NCBI GenBank assembly: GCA_904063045.1
Contig: CAJFCJ010000001.1
Span: 868,001 to 932,000 of the forward strand
Reading direction: 5' to 3'
Length of the DNA: 64,000 nucleotides
DNA from: Dimorphilus gyrociliatus
Lineage: Eukaryota; Animalia; Annelida
Shown one piece after another: positions 13,601 through 27,500 of this stretch (position 1 is the first letter of the stretch; the number at the start of each line of letters is the position of its first letter). The notes beneath the pieces are model-generated. The model was not told the origin of the DNA. It did no database searches and was given only the letters and a program-made list of their open reading frames with translations. Made by a program: the position numbers and the translations under genes.

Positions 13601-16600
13601 ACGTAAATCCTGCTAAAGGTTAGTATCTTCTTATCTGTATTACGCATGCGCAATTCCGTGTTCTTTCTTCCATAAGTGGAACCTTAGAAAATTTTCAATT
13701 TCTGTCCAAAACATAATATTTCGGATAAATATTTTCAGTCGGAATTCAAAATATACTTAGTTTATTTGTAAGAAATATCTCTATTTGAAAGTTTTACAAG
13801 CATATGGCATATACACTAACAATAAGTCTTTAAGTGTCTTTCTCAACGGAATTCTGTGTTAGATTTAGACTATTCTTAATTTTGTGTAAGCAAATCACTT
13901 CTGAAAGAGTTGATTGCTTGCATAACCCTATAATTTGTCTAAAATGAGATTTTTCATTAAAAAAAATACTTAATAATATTTGTAAATGATCTTTTAACAA
14001 AGAATGAGAATTGAAGGGGTTGTGACCTTCTTGTCCCGCCCAAAATATCAAGTTACATTATTTAATTATAATATACAGATAGGATTTTTTTATATTATAT
14101 ATATTAGTAATATGTATATCTGTAAGAGATGTAAATATTTAACCTTTAATACGGTATTCCTTCTAAAATATTAATAATTGACGAATTAAACTAATCACTT
14201 AATGCGCTTTACCCCTCTTAATTGCACAATATTTATCTAATAACTTAAATACGACAACCGCGACGATAAATTTCCTTTACAATACCCGTTTAGAGTATTA
14301 TCTTTATTTATATTGCTAAATGATTTAACTAAACGCCCTTTATTTTATATTTTTCATTTTAAAATTTATTGCATTTGTTTAATAAGTCAATAGTAAATGA
14401 ATTATACTTTAATCTTGTTTATGTTTTGTCTTTTAGCCTGGGGAAATTTGGCAAACGTTCTGAACGCTAAAGGGCAGACAAAATTGGCAGAATACGCCTA
14501 CAGAAAAGCTTTATCTTATAGATCGAATATGGCTGACACACATTATAACTTGTAAGTATTCTTGAAAATTTTAATTTTATTTGAAAATATCTTTTTTTAT
14601 CCATTCACAAGTTTGACTCTTTTCCATTCTCGTCTTCCGCCCACATCTTCCGTTTTTATTGCTCATTTCCAACCTTTTCTCCTCCCACCCCATACCCTCT
14701 ATTTTACTTGAGACTTATTGAAAGAAAATATTACTGTTTAGGCTTTTAAGAAATGGTTCTTTAAGATATACTGCTCAAAATATATAGCGGAGCATTCACG
14801 CTTCCTCCTGGGAAATTGTATAGTTAGGGTGATTGATGTAGTCGGAATTAATTACGAGGGAGCGCATTTATCTTGCCATTTACAGCCTTTTATCAACAAC
14901 TTTTAATTATAGGCGGGTGGCGCCCGAACGTCTGCCACTATTCCCCTTTTGTTTAGCACGGTCACGTGATTCAACTATTACGACTGGAAAACTATTTAAA
15001 TTGCCCTAAATCATTAAATAGGAAAAGAAGAAAAACAAAAATGTATTAACTCTCAAAACGTAAAAAATTATTCCATTAAGCCGGATTTAAAACAATTTAC
15101 GGCTAAACAAACATAAAAGAGTACAACCAGTCGCACGATTGAAAAGTCCATTAAATTAGCATCTATAAGAATATTGGAGTGTCAATTAATTTATTGGACC
15201 TCATAAAACTAAATAAGTCCCTGAACTGCTGTGAAAATTTACCATAAGAATTCCAAAAATTGATCGATTATATAATAAAAGCTGTTTAAAGACCGCCTCT
15301 CGCTCTCCTTCACTTGATCTCTTTTTGTATAAAATTTCTAAAAGAGAAAGATACTCACTCTGTTTTATGAAAGGAAAAAGATAACAGACGGGAGTTGAAC
15401 ACGATTCATTAAATCGTTTAATTATAGAATTAGGTTTTAACACGACAACGAGAAACAATTAATATTCAATACGTTTTCTTCGAGTGGTCTTTCTCCTCTC
15501 TATTCTCTTTTTATTCTCATACTATCTATATAAAATTTTTCTTTATTTTCCCTTTTTTTTTCGATATATTGAAATTGAATATACAAATACTTTTACTGCA
15601 TTCCAATTGTTTAGTCGGTGCTTACAGGACAGAAGAAAATGTGTACTAACTCTCGAATAAACTTTAAGAATTCGGTCACCTGACAGATTTAGGTTGTAAA
15701 TGGAAGTGCAAGTTCCTTTTAACTGTAGGTTTGAATACGAAAGGTGCCATTAAGTGTCCCTTTTAAGGTGTAGTGTTCTTTTTTAGAAGAACAACCATAT
15801 TAATTTTCTTCAATTTCGTTTTATGACCATCTTCTAAAGATAAATATATCTTTTACCTTCCTAAAGAGAATTTACAATCAATAAAATGAGAACAGAAGGA
15901 AAAAAAAACGAGAAAGCAGAAATAAATCAGCCAGTCATTAACACTTATTTGGTTTAGCAAAATTGCGTAATCACGGTTTATTGAATGAAGTTCTAGACGT
16001 CGTGCTTTTCTCGATCTAAATTATATGCACAATAGAAGAAAAGAAGCGGTCGATTTCCTTTAATTTTAGCTATTAGGGGTCATTCAAGCGAGATGATGGG
16101 ACGGAGGTCAATGATTGTATTATTCTACATATTTTCCCTTTAATGCACTAATAAAAAGGAAATGTTGTTAAGACGTCGGAGGAATTTCTTATTTAAATAG
16201 GAGTAGCATATATTTTTAGGCCCTAATAAATATTTACGAGATGGGAAAAAGGAAAAGATTCGAAATCGATCTGATAAATTCTCTTAGGCATATTCTGTCT
16301 GGACATGGTCATTGATAATTGTTAAGCTAACATACTATAGAACAAACCATTTACCAGATCAACATCAAGACGACTGAACCTTAAAGCCTCTGTTTGATTT
16401 CCCTAATTTAATCACGTGCCCAAGATTATAAAGGCAAGAGTAGCCCTTTTACTTTCGCATACTGTATCCAACGTACTCTCACATTATTGACCTAACAGTG
16501 AAAACAATACGCAGGGAAAGATGTGACATATCAACATTAAGTGAAAAATACATTAGTATTAAAGAGAAGTTGATATTTTAAGAGCCTGTTGTTTCCTTAT

Positions 16601-19600
16601 CATCCATCATTTTATTGATGTATTTTCATTGCCTGCCAAGTACAGTAGCATAAGATTTTTAGCTATTAGCTATAATTAAAAGAGGGGCTATGTAAGGGAT
16701 ACTGTGCGGACGATTAGTTTATACTAAAAACACACGCTGTATATAATAGGCTTATACTGCGACGTCAAATTTCATTTCAAATGTCTAGCGTCATGCGAAA
16801 TTAATCGGGTCTCTCATAAGCATTTATGATTAAGACGGAAACAGATCATTCATGATGCATTACGTATTGTTCCAATATTCGTTTTTTCATGTTGACGATA
16901 TATCTTCGATGGATCTCACCCTTTGATCGATTATCTTTAAACAATAAACAATACCTTTTTTCTATTTTAGATCCCTTACCTATATTAATTATTTGCTTCT
17001 TTCTTTTTTTTTTTTTGTTATTTTTATACCTGTTGATTTAGATCTGTTTCTAATTCTTTCGAAATAGGGGAATATTGTTACAAAATCAAAGAAGATATAC
17101 AGAGGCGTTGAACAGCTACGAGAATGCTATTCTCTTCAGACCAAAGCTAAGTCGTAAGTTCGATACATTTTTTTATTATCTTTCTTAAGGGTAAAATTTT
17201 TACAATCACTAATGGTCTGTTACTTAAAAACTTAAAGGGAAGTAAAAAAAAATAAGTAACAAACTGTAGAGAGAAATGAGTATGTCGTTTAAGAAAAAGA
17301 CAATTCAATATCATGAAATGAGATTGTTCTTAAGGATTTTCTATTTTTGATCTAATGCTATAAGCCTTTTTTTTTTACTTCGTTTTAGCTTTATTCAACC
17401 ATTTCTTGCTTTTATTTTTTGAATAGTTATATTTCAATAGAATCACTTTTTAAAGGGCATGTGTCATTCAGTAAAATAACTTAAATAGACGTTTTAAAAA
17501 GGAAACTATTACACATTTGTACAAAGTTGAAAATGATGAATTTATTAATAATCTTCACAAATAAGAAAAAAGAGTTACAGTATCATTCATAAAACCACGG
17601 ATGATTAAAGCTTTTTTCCTACGCCTTTTTATCCTCTTTTCTTTATTATTAATATCATATTTAAAATTAAAGTAGAGCGAATATTAACGAGGATATAAAG
17701 CGTTCGAATAGAAAATAGTGTTATTTGCCTTTAGCAAACAATAAACGAAATCGACAAGTTTCATAGCTTTTTATCCTTACATCAATAATCGATCTATATT
17801 ATAAAATCCGTAAAAACAAGAGATTATTTGATATAACGGAAATTACAGCATTCTGCCATATTATACCTTAGAAGGTGAAAGTTCTATCAGAATATAAAAT
17901 AGAGTTTTTAACACACTATCATATTCAATATTCATTGAGTTAATAAATATATTTTCATTCCTTCAGTTGCCTATTTAAATATTGGAATAGTTTTATCGAA
18001 GCAAGGGAAATATGAGGATTCTTTAAAATTCTATAGAAAATGTGCTGATCTAGATACAAGCGGTTCAAAAGATCCAAAATTACATTTATCAACTAAAATA
18101 TCGGCACTATTCAATATGGGTCGGTTATTAACTGAACAGAATAAATTAAAAGTAAGTTTATCTTATTCTATTTTAGTTCTAGTATAAAGAACTATGCTTT
18201 TAATTAATATTTTTGAATCGTTAATATTTTAGGAGGCTTTGGAAATTTATAACGAAGCTTTACGGCGAAGACCAGATGATTACGCTCCTCAGAGCATTTA
18301 TAATATGATAGGTAAAAATTTAATTAAAATTACTCATTGAACCAAATGAACCATTGAAGTGAGAACTTTCGTTTAGTATCGTGCATCTTTCAATATCCTT
18401 CCTTTAGGTAATAAGGATAATAAATTTAAATTTGTTCTACTTTTGCATTTCAACAACACCCTACAGTTGTAACGGTATTGTCGATGCACGAGATAGTAAT
18501 TCCTTTACAGCAAGTTTAATTCATTTGATTAAACTTGTAGAAACAGCTGAATGCTCAGTGAATACACTGGATACTTTTCTTGAAGATATTGTACTTAGCA
18601 ACAGCTATTAATTGTGAAGCTTAATAAAGGAGAAAGAAATTAATTACTAATTTTTACTAATTATAGGAGAAGTGTACTCAAAACTAGGGAATATGCTTGA
18701 GGCAGAGAAATGGTATCGAAAAGCACTGCAGGCAAAAGCAGATCATATTCCAGCTTTTTTGACTCTGGCAAGACTCTATCAGCATCGAGTAAGCTTAAAA
18801 GAAATATTTCTTTTATAATTTAATAACAAACATAAATATGACATGTCTTTAAGAAATTTTTTCCTCTTTTCTTCATAATTAACAGGGAAATTTTGACAAG
18901 GCTGAAGATTTATATAGAAGCGCTTTGACACTAGCTCCAGATGATTATTCCGTATACGAACACTATGGTAAAGAAATTATTCTCCTATTTACATTTTACA
19001 ACACATTGTTAGTCCGTTTCGGTGCCGTGACCCTGAAAAAAATATTCTTAGGCTATGATACCGCTATTTTTCAAGTTAGAACACAAACAAAATTCTACAA
19101 ACTCATTTATAAATCTGGCCAAACAGTACTGTTTTCTAGTTGACAGGTGAATTGATATATCAACAGTTAATCACGTTATTTTAAGCCCAATCGCATTAGC
19201 CTGTCTCCTGTTATTAGAATAAAATGTGTATAACCTTTTCCCAAAAGATTCCCAGTGATATACGAAATCTGAAAATCATTTCCCTAAAAGAAAGTAAAAC
19301 CTCTATACTAAAAGAGTACTTAATAATACAGAACTCCTAAATTGCAGTTTAATTTATAGTACACTCTGCAAAATCCATAGAAAAAAATTAAACGTATATT
19401 AAAAAAATCAAAAAAAGCAAGAGGGTGGAGAACTTTCTAAGCTAAGAAACATTTTCTTTTCTTTCAGTCTGCAGCTATTCTGAAATGGTACAAAAAAAAA
19501 TTAATTAGCTATACTTCTTTAGAAAAAAAGTTTCTTTAAATTATGATGTAAACAAGCTCATGTTAGGGATCTATTGATTAAAAGTCATATATGCATATAT

Positions 19601-20576
19601 CTAAGATTAGAAAACGTAACCTGGCACTTTATAAAGCGGAGAACCCTCAAGCGCAATTAGCTTTGAAATGTTGCGCAACGCTTCTTTGATGAACTAGTAG
19701 AAAAACGAGGGGAACTTTCAAGAATTCTTTTCAAGTTGACATCTATCAATAGAGTATATTAAGCTTTAATGTATTTAAAAAGAACTTAAACAGATTCTTA
19801 TCATGAATTGAACTCTACCTCTAATGTTCTAAGTATGCTTTCGACTTCTTAAAAAATGCCTATATTTTACACTAAAAACGTTTTAAAAAGGATAAAAAAT
19901 ATATAATACTATACAATATCTCTCTTCATTAAAAGAGATCTAATTAGTGCACCCAGAAGTTTTTGTTAAATAATCAATAATAAAGGAGTTTTTTTAAAGA
20001 AAACTGAGAAGATTTGAAATGATTAAAACACTTTTTATTCTCTTTTTATCTAGGTCAGTTTTTAGGAGATATGAATCGCTATGCAGAATCAGCAAAGATT
20101 CTTGAACAGGCCATTGGATTAGGAAACAACGATTTTCAGTTAGTCTTCAATGCAGCCAATACCTTAAGGTATAGACAATATAACTAAATATACATTGCTC
20201 ATCAATTAAATATTTAAAATTATAGTTTTGATAGTTTATTTTATAGACCTAGTGACCTTCACTATGTTGTTTTTTTCCAGACAAGCCAACGATAATGAGA
20301 GAGCCGAAGAGTATTATATTAAAGCGACAAAAATCAGTCCTAAAGTTCGTTTATACTCTAAAAATATTCTACGTAACTTTGATGAATTTTTTCCTTTCTT
20401 TAATTTTATAGGAAGCGGCCGCTCATATGAATTTAGGCGCCATCTATCATTTAAATGGCAAGCTCCTGAAGGCCGAAGAAAGTTATCTAGAAGCGTTACG
20501 TTTAAAACCAAATGACTCTGTTACTTTATCAAATCTTAAGAAATTACGCAATCTGATAGCTGCCAAAAAATTATAA
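10609..20576 (+). CDS. TMTC2: Protein O-mannosyltransferase TMTC2 (transmembrane region + DUF1736 + TPR repeats). Exons approx. 10609-10694, 11984-12545, 12979-13618, 14437-14551, 17068-17153, 17967-18150, 18233-18311, 18667-18788, 18886-18967, 20054-20168, 20281-20344, 20412-20576
   Basis: FVYDDS|RAI, NDFWGT..SHGSYRPLC, HPIHSEAVAGIVGRADV, SFDWSMNAVPL, NLFFYVGFVIAERILYIPS, VNPAK|AWGNL, APQSIYNM|GE, MNLGAIYHLNG all match TMTC2 as remembered; every junction is GT-AG and phase-compatible. Confidence 0.93.
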
Positions 20577-21059
20577 ATAAAAATAGTTGTTACAGAGAAA
20601 CGCAACGAAAATTCAGTGTAAAAATCATAGATAATAAAATATTCAATATTAAAAGAAAGTATAAAAAACAGCCGCATGCACTAATAGCGATGTAGAAATA
20701 GAAAGACGTAGAGAGAGAGAAGAAACGATGATCTATCTCTACGAGAAGGCTTTCTTTACCGTGCCAAATCATATTTTGCTCTAAGAAGATTGTTCTTTTT
20801 CTATCTGGTCACAACGTATTAAGATTTTAAAAATAGAAGTTATTAACATTTAAAGATAATCCTAATCGTTATAAAGAAAGAAACCGTTCAAGCTGAAAGA
20901 ATAAAGGACTCTCTCCCTCTTATTACTAATATTTTTTCCCAGTTTAAGGAATTAGACTTAAAGCGGCTTGATAAACAAAATGAATTTATATATTTAAAAA
21001 AAACCATGTACACATCATTAAATACTGTTTAAAATGTATTTATTGCGTGTAAACATGCC

Positions 21060-24000
21060 ATGGAAGAGATGACAAACAAAAATAACAATAGTTGTAATGG
21101 TATATTAATGAAAATAAATATGCATAAAATAACATTATTTACAATTTTAACTTGTATTTTATTGAAAAAATATAAAGTTGATTTATTAAGAATAAGAGTA
21201 GGCGTTGTTGGAAAATTCAAAAGGGATCTAAGGAACATTGCTAAAGAATTTAATATAGATTTGTACTATGGACAATGTAGTAATAAATGTTCTTTTCCCC
21301 AAACGATTACAGATATAATTGATATGTATTATGATGACGACATTAAAATCTTTTTGGGATCTTTATATCTGTTAGATAGCAGTTTTGCAACACCGTTTAT
21401 TTCAGCAGCAAACCTTATACAATTCGGTTTAAAGGAAAGGATTTGTGAAGGCAAAGAGGATTTAAGGAATTTTGTTCAATTAGGACCGGAATTAATATCG
21501 TCTATTTACAGTTCGAAAGGATTCCTCTTGGATTATTTGAATAATCAAAAATGGTGTAGTCTTGCTATTTTGTACACTGCAAAAATTCCAGCAGTAAAAT
21601 GTATTGTTAAAAAATTGTCATTGGCATTAAAGAAAGATAAATCGAAAGATGTTCGAACTCGGATAATTAAAGAGTACTTTCAAATTTACGATGACCTTAA
21701 ATACTTTAAATCCGAAGGTATAAAGATTTATATTTTATTATTAAATGAAATAGAAGAAGAGATTCTCTTCAAAAAGATAAATATCCTTAAAATGACAAGT
21801 GGAGATTATACATTTATTGGTAGCCGTCTAATCGATAATCATCAATTCGCGAATAAGCCAAAAAATTATAAAGTGATAATAAGACCGTCAGTTCTTTAAC
21901 TTGAAAATATTAGAGATATAGATATTATTATACCTTATCTATTACTTTTTCTATTATCATTTATTATCACTTTTTTCTTAGTATTTTATAATTAGAAAAC
22001 CTCAATATTGGCGAAATATTTATAGGAATGTTCTAAAGGCTATTGCTGAAAGTTATAAAAATCTATATTCCAGTACTGAACAGTCATCTATGAACTTTAG
22101 CGGCACAGATTTTAATGATTACTTATTATCCTTATATAGAATAGAACAGCCAACTTACTCGTTGATGAGCTATAGTGATACTTATATGAGGCATATAGAA
22201 ATCACTAGTTACGATAATTTAAATATTTTACAAACAATTGAAAAGAATGACCTATTCGATTCAAATTGTCTAGTCAAATTGAAGAAAGATAACGAATATA
22301 ACGATTCTAGCTTATTAATCATTCTCATGGTTTTATTATTTGCATCAGCGGCTACTCTGTTTATTATTACACGAATTAATTGTTCATCTTTCAACGAGGA
22401 CAAGTGGATAATATCGCAGAACGAGTTAACTTCTATACCTCTTGAGCCAAATGATTTTACTTCAAAATATAGGCTTTATAAGAGAGGTAGCAGTTTAAGG
22501 AGAAAACATAGCGATATCAGTAAGGCTTCCAGTGCTCTACTTAGCGGTGGAAGTTATAGTAAAGCAAGTGCGGCTAGTTTGGCCAGTAGTATGTCTAATG
22601 AGAATATACTCTTTCCAGTTCTACTCCAATTAAGGTTCTATAGTACTACTCAACTTGAAAATAAATCTATTTGTTTTTAATGTTTTCTCAGAACTCAGGC
22701 GACCATCTATCTTTATCGGGATGAGGAGGTTGTCCTTCGGAAAACCGATAAATATACTATTGTTAAAACTCGACATCTCATTAAAGATATTAGCATAAAT
22801 GCGGGTCTTAGACAACAGAATCTTGCTAGATTCTTTGGTATTACAGAAACTGATGCAGGAGTTCGAATAGTTATGGAATGCTGTATTAAAGGGGATCTTT
22901 CAAGTGTCCTTTTAAATACAGATATCGAATACGAACCAAGATTTAAATACGCCTTTATTTACGATATTGCAAACGGTCTTAAATACATTCATAAAAGCTC
23001 ATTAAAAGTTCACGGTAATTTATCCAGTTCTACTTGTCTTGTTGATCATAGAATGACTGTTAAAATAAGCGATTATGGATTTTTAAATAGTTTAAAAGAT
23101 ACTAATGGAAATTCTCCAAAAATGTTATTATGGTCAGCACCGGAAGTTCTTGCAGGTCAACTTCCAACGGCTAAAAGTGATATTTATAGTTTCGGTATTA
23201 TAATTCAAGAAATAATGACTCAGGTATGTCTTTTCTTTTTCATTTTACTATACATATATATACTGTATATATATGTATAGTATATACTGAATTAACTAAA
23301 TGAATCATTGATCAAAAGGAGTTGCCTTATTTCAATAAACATTCATCTGATATAATAATAACTCGAGTTAAAAGTACTGAGACCCCACCCTTTAGACCTG
23401 CGTTTAGTGCTGAGTATTGTGACGATGCTCTCTTCGCCTATACAATAGCTTGTTGGGAACAAGAACCAGATTTAAGACCTACGGCTAAAGAGGGTAAGAA
23501 AATTGTTAAAACAGGAAGCAATTTTGTAGAAGAACTACTAGAGTCATTACAACAATATACTTCCGGTCTGGAAAGTGGAGTTGAAAAATCATCTAATAAA
23601 TTAAAGGAAGAACAAGCTAAAACACAAAAGTTATTAGATTTGTTAATGCCTAGAAAGGATGTTGAAAAATTTAAAAGAGGACTCTTTATTGAGCCAGAAG
23701 CCTATGATTGTGTTACAGTGAGTTTCATCGATATAAACGGCTTTCAAGAATTTTGTAACGAATCCGAACCAGTGAAAGTTATACAATTATTGAATGAATA
23801 CCATTCAAAAATTGATAATCTAGTTGCGCAACATAACGTATTTAAGGCTGAAAGTATTGTTGATACTTACGTTATCGTTGCTGGTTTAAATGAAAAGAAT
23901 GAAAATCATGCCTCAGAAATGGCTACAATTTGTACTACTATCCTTGAAATATCTAAATATTTCAATATTTCAAAGAATAACCTCAATCTTAAAGTAAAAA

Positions 24001-24328
24001 TAATCAAATTAATAATTAAAATAATCAATACAATGTTAACTTTTAGGTTAAAATAGGGATTCATAGTGGGCCTATGGTATCTTGTGTTATGGGTGTGCTC
24101 TTGCCAAAGTATTTTCTAGTTGGAGATACAATAAATACAGCGTCTAGAATGGTTTCGAATGGAGAACCGCTAAGAATACACATTACTGGAGAAACAAGGG
24201 CCCTCTTGAAGAATGACGCCGCTTTTATCATAGAAAAGAGGGGGGAAATTCCCATAAAAGGAAAAGGTGAAGTAACTACGTACTGGTTAACTAGAAATCC
24301 CAAGACTGATTCTAAAAGTCAACATTGA
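21060..24328 (+). CDS. Receptor-type (NPR-like) guanylyl cyclase, highly divergent: signal peptide, ANF-receptor-like ectodomain, transmembrane helix, kinase-homology domain, coiled coil, cyclase domain
   Basis: TM SLLIILMVLLFASAATLFII; KHD HGNLSSSTCLVDHRMTVKISDYG, LLWSAPE, DIYSFGIIIQEI; cyclase SFIDINGF, KAESIVDTY, KIGIHSGP, GDTINTASRM. Inferred introns ~21873(or 21891)-21981, 22635-22691, 23224-23318, 23994-24046. The true start may be a later Met (MHKITLF). Confidence 0.88.
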
Positions 24329-24364
24329 AGACATTGATAATAAATAGAATGATAAATAGAAGCA

Positions 24365-24367
<3 letters not shown>

Positions 24368-24401
<34 letters not shown>
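24368..24401. repeat. (GA)17 microsatellite
   Basis: Perfect dinucleotide run between the convergent stops of the cyclase (24328) and WDR6 (24538). Confidence 0.95.
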
Positions 24402-24404
<3 letters not shown>

Positions 24405-24537
24405 ATCCTTATAGATAGATAAAGATTAACAGACAAAATAGGAGAACTTGTAAAAAGTGTATATTCTTATTATATTATATATTTATATTCCAAAGAAAAG
24501 CCAAAAAAAGAAAAGTTTAAATATCTGTATGATTAAT

Positions 24538-27500
24538 TCAGAATAGTTTAGATTTGATAACTGTGCAACCGCACCCAGCTAAGGCTGCTAAAGAATAATT
24601 ATCGCTTATCCAAGTAGCTGACGATGACACGTCGGCAATTGGTATATATTTACAATCCTGCGAATGATATTCCCATGTGTTTTTGTTCTTTCTCTCGAAA
24701 GACCATGAACGGATTCTTTGATCGATTGAGGCGGATATTATATTTTCCATAGAGTAGGTGACGCTCGTTACAGACGAATTATGACCACCCCACTTACAAA
24801 GCGTTTTTAGCGTTCTACAGCAATCGTTTGAAGTTTTTAAGAGAGAGCAATCGATAAATCCACTATCGGATCCAGTTATTAGTAAAATTCCATCGTCCAG
24901 ATATTTAACAAAGATGGCAGTAATTCCATTTTCATGTACTTGAGCTGTTATTAAATCTTCTAAAGCGACAGATTCATCCTCATAGTCATCCGTATAGTTC
25001 GCTAATAGTTCTTGAAGGCTATAAATAATTACTTGCCCATTCGCCGTTCCGCATCCAGCTAGAAAGTCATTTGATGTGTTTACGAAAAAGGCTTTCATTA
25101 AACAATTCTCCAATGTTACTGTATTCAATTGTTTAATTTCGTTTGTTTCCATATTATAGACGAATAATCTTAATAATCCATCACTACAAGCTGCAGTTAA
25201 TAAAACTGATTCCTTATCGGAGAATTTATATCCGCAACTTTTAACATCAGATAAATAGATACTATCTATATCCATAATTCTTGTTTCGGGATTGGATGAA
25301 TTACTATCGTCGTTCACTTTAATACTTAGTAGGTCTCTAGTAATTACATTATTCATTTTATAACTGAATTCTATTTTATAAATTTTCATTTGAGCTCTGC
25401 CTCCACCGCTTATTAGAAGACAAGACGAGTCCGATTCTCTCAGGACGGAAAGGCACCTTATATTCGATAAATGTCCTTGCAATACTTCACAAATTTCATA
25501 AGAAAAAGAATTATCCCGATTCTCAGCTATTTTTAGAACGTTTATAAAATTCTCTTCCCCTGCTGTTACGCAGTAATGATTCGAAATATCGCCCATCCTC
25601 CATGTAAAGCAATATTTAATTGCCTCAATTTTACTACAGTAGTTAGGTTTCTTTAATATATACTGCAATTTCTTTAAATCAGTCTTACATCTAAGTACGC
25701 TTCGATTTTTTATAAAAATAATTTCAACTGGCCCGTAAGTGGGTCTCCCATTTTCATCTAAAGTAAAATCTATGTCCCAAGCTCTATGTCCACCCCCGCA
25801 AAGCACCTTCAATAATATCTCGCTAGTTTTCACATTGAAAACGATTAAGTGTTCGTCGTAAAAGCCTATTATACATAGATTATTATCTATCGTTACAATC
25901 TTGCTCAGCCACTCGAAATTCTTGAAACATTTACACTCTTTCATTAGTACTAGATAATTGATTGGATCCAGGTTCCAAAACTTATACGATCCATCTCTGC
26001 CACAACTGATAATTGAATCATAATTAGAGAAATATGAGATAAAAGTAACGCCCACTCGTCCATGAACTTTATGATAGGATTTAGAAGGAGATAAATCCTG
26101 CGAATACAATAGCCGTAAGTAATCAATTAACAAATAATTAATAAAAAATAAGCTGTTAGGAGTACGAACCGTACAATTAAGGTCATAAACGTGAATCGAC
26201 CCACTCCTATCTCCGCAAATAAGAGATTTTAGACCAGTTTCAGCAGAAATATTTAAACAACCGCACGTAATCCATCTTTGTTTACACTTTGGCAATATGA
26301 AATTATGTAACTCAACTAATGATAGATTAGAAGTTATTTCTAATCGATACATTATCATTTTTCCTTCATCTCCGTTAGCAATGAAAAGACACTCCTCTTC
26401 ATCCGACGAAATCATTGTTAGACTATAGATTTTACTATTGAAGATCTTTTTTCTAATATTATCCTTTCCATATATTACAATTATCTCTCCTTTGATATTA
26501 CCTACAATTACAATACCATTGCTAGAATCTGTGCACAAAACGCTATACGATTTGAAAGCGTCATCTTCAAAAAGAGGCCTACTATCTCCCTTGTGATAAA
26601 ACATTAGCTTCCCTTCGTCTGTAGTTACAATAACACTCCTTGCATCTAGATAGCTTAAACTCCGAGGAAAATACTTTTCCAATTTTGTATGCAGTATTGC
26701 TGGTTTATTATCCTCCCCTTGATCAATAGAATTCAAGCTCCATAATCTTACACTTGAATCATTACCACCAGTTGCTATTAGATTATCGTTCTTTGCAGAC
26801 AATGACCAAATATTTCGTCCTTTATGACTTTTTAATTGCTTAATTAATTTACCATTATAATCCCAAATGCAACAAATGCCATCCTCTCCTAGGAACATTA
26901 ATAGGAATACAATAATTCGAAAAAGATGTTAATTAAATTTGATTTAATCTACCTATTGAAACGAATTTATTGGTGAGAAAGATGCAATCCCATACTCTGG
27001 AACCATGTCCGTATAGTGTATGGATACAAGCTATATCATTTCCCAACCAATCTTCTATTGTAAAATCTTCAAAGTTCTTATCTTCCTTTGGACATTTCCA
27101 TAATCTTATACTTCGATCATCAGAGACTGTACTTATCCATTTTCCTTTTACATTAATGGAAAAGATAACCCCGTCGTGATTTTCTAAAACTCTCAGCGAA
27201 TTTTCAATTACCGATTGTTCATATTCGACCGGCCAAATTAAAACCTTATTATAAACGGTACCAGCCAATAACACAACATCATTGACAGATGATCCAAACA
27301 ATTTGGCCGAATATAATATACAATTATCTTCGTATTTGACGATTTTCTTTAATTTATACTGATTTTGACTTGTAAATTCCCATATTTCTACAAAATTGTG
27401 CGCTGTTGCAACGTAAAGGTAATCAAGATCATTTATAAAAGAGCAGTTCTTTATCCAGTCTGTCACCTCGATTCTTTGTTGTTGTTCAATTGAGCTATCG

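Noticed and set aside
14918-14929. TGGCGCCCGAAC, identical to the first 12 nt of a tRNA-Lys3 retroviral primer-binding site
   Set aside because: No preceding LTR-like CA end, no gag/pol ORF and no repeated LTR; the match stops at 12 nt.
15201-15458. 85-aa antisense ORF in the largest TMTC2 intron
   Set aside because: Non-ATG start, no recognisable motif, and a length compatible with chance; not called as a nested gene.
21900-21995. In-frame hydrophobic, TM-like peptide after the TAA at 21897-21899 of the cyclase
   Set aside because: Best explained as a T-rich intron ending at the AG 21980-21981; TAA is a poor readthrough stop and the real TM lies downstream.
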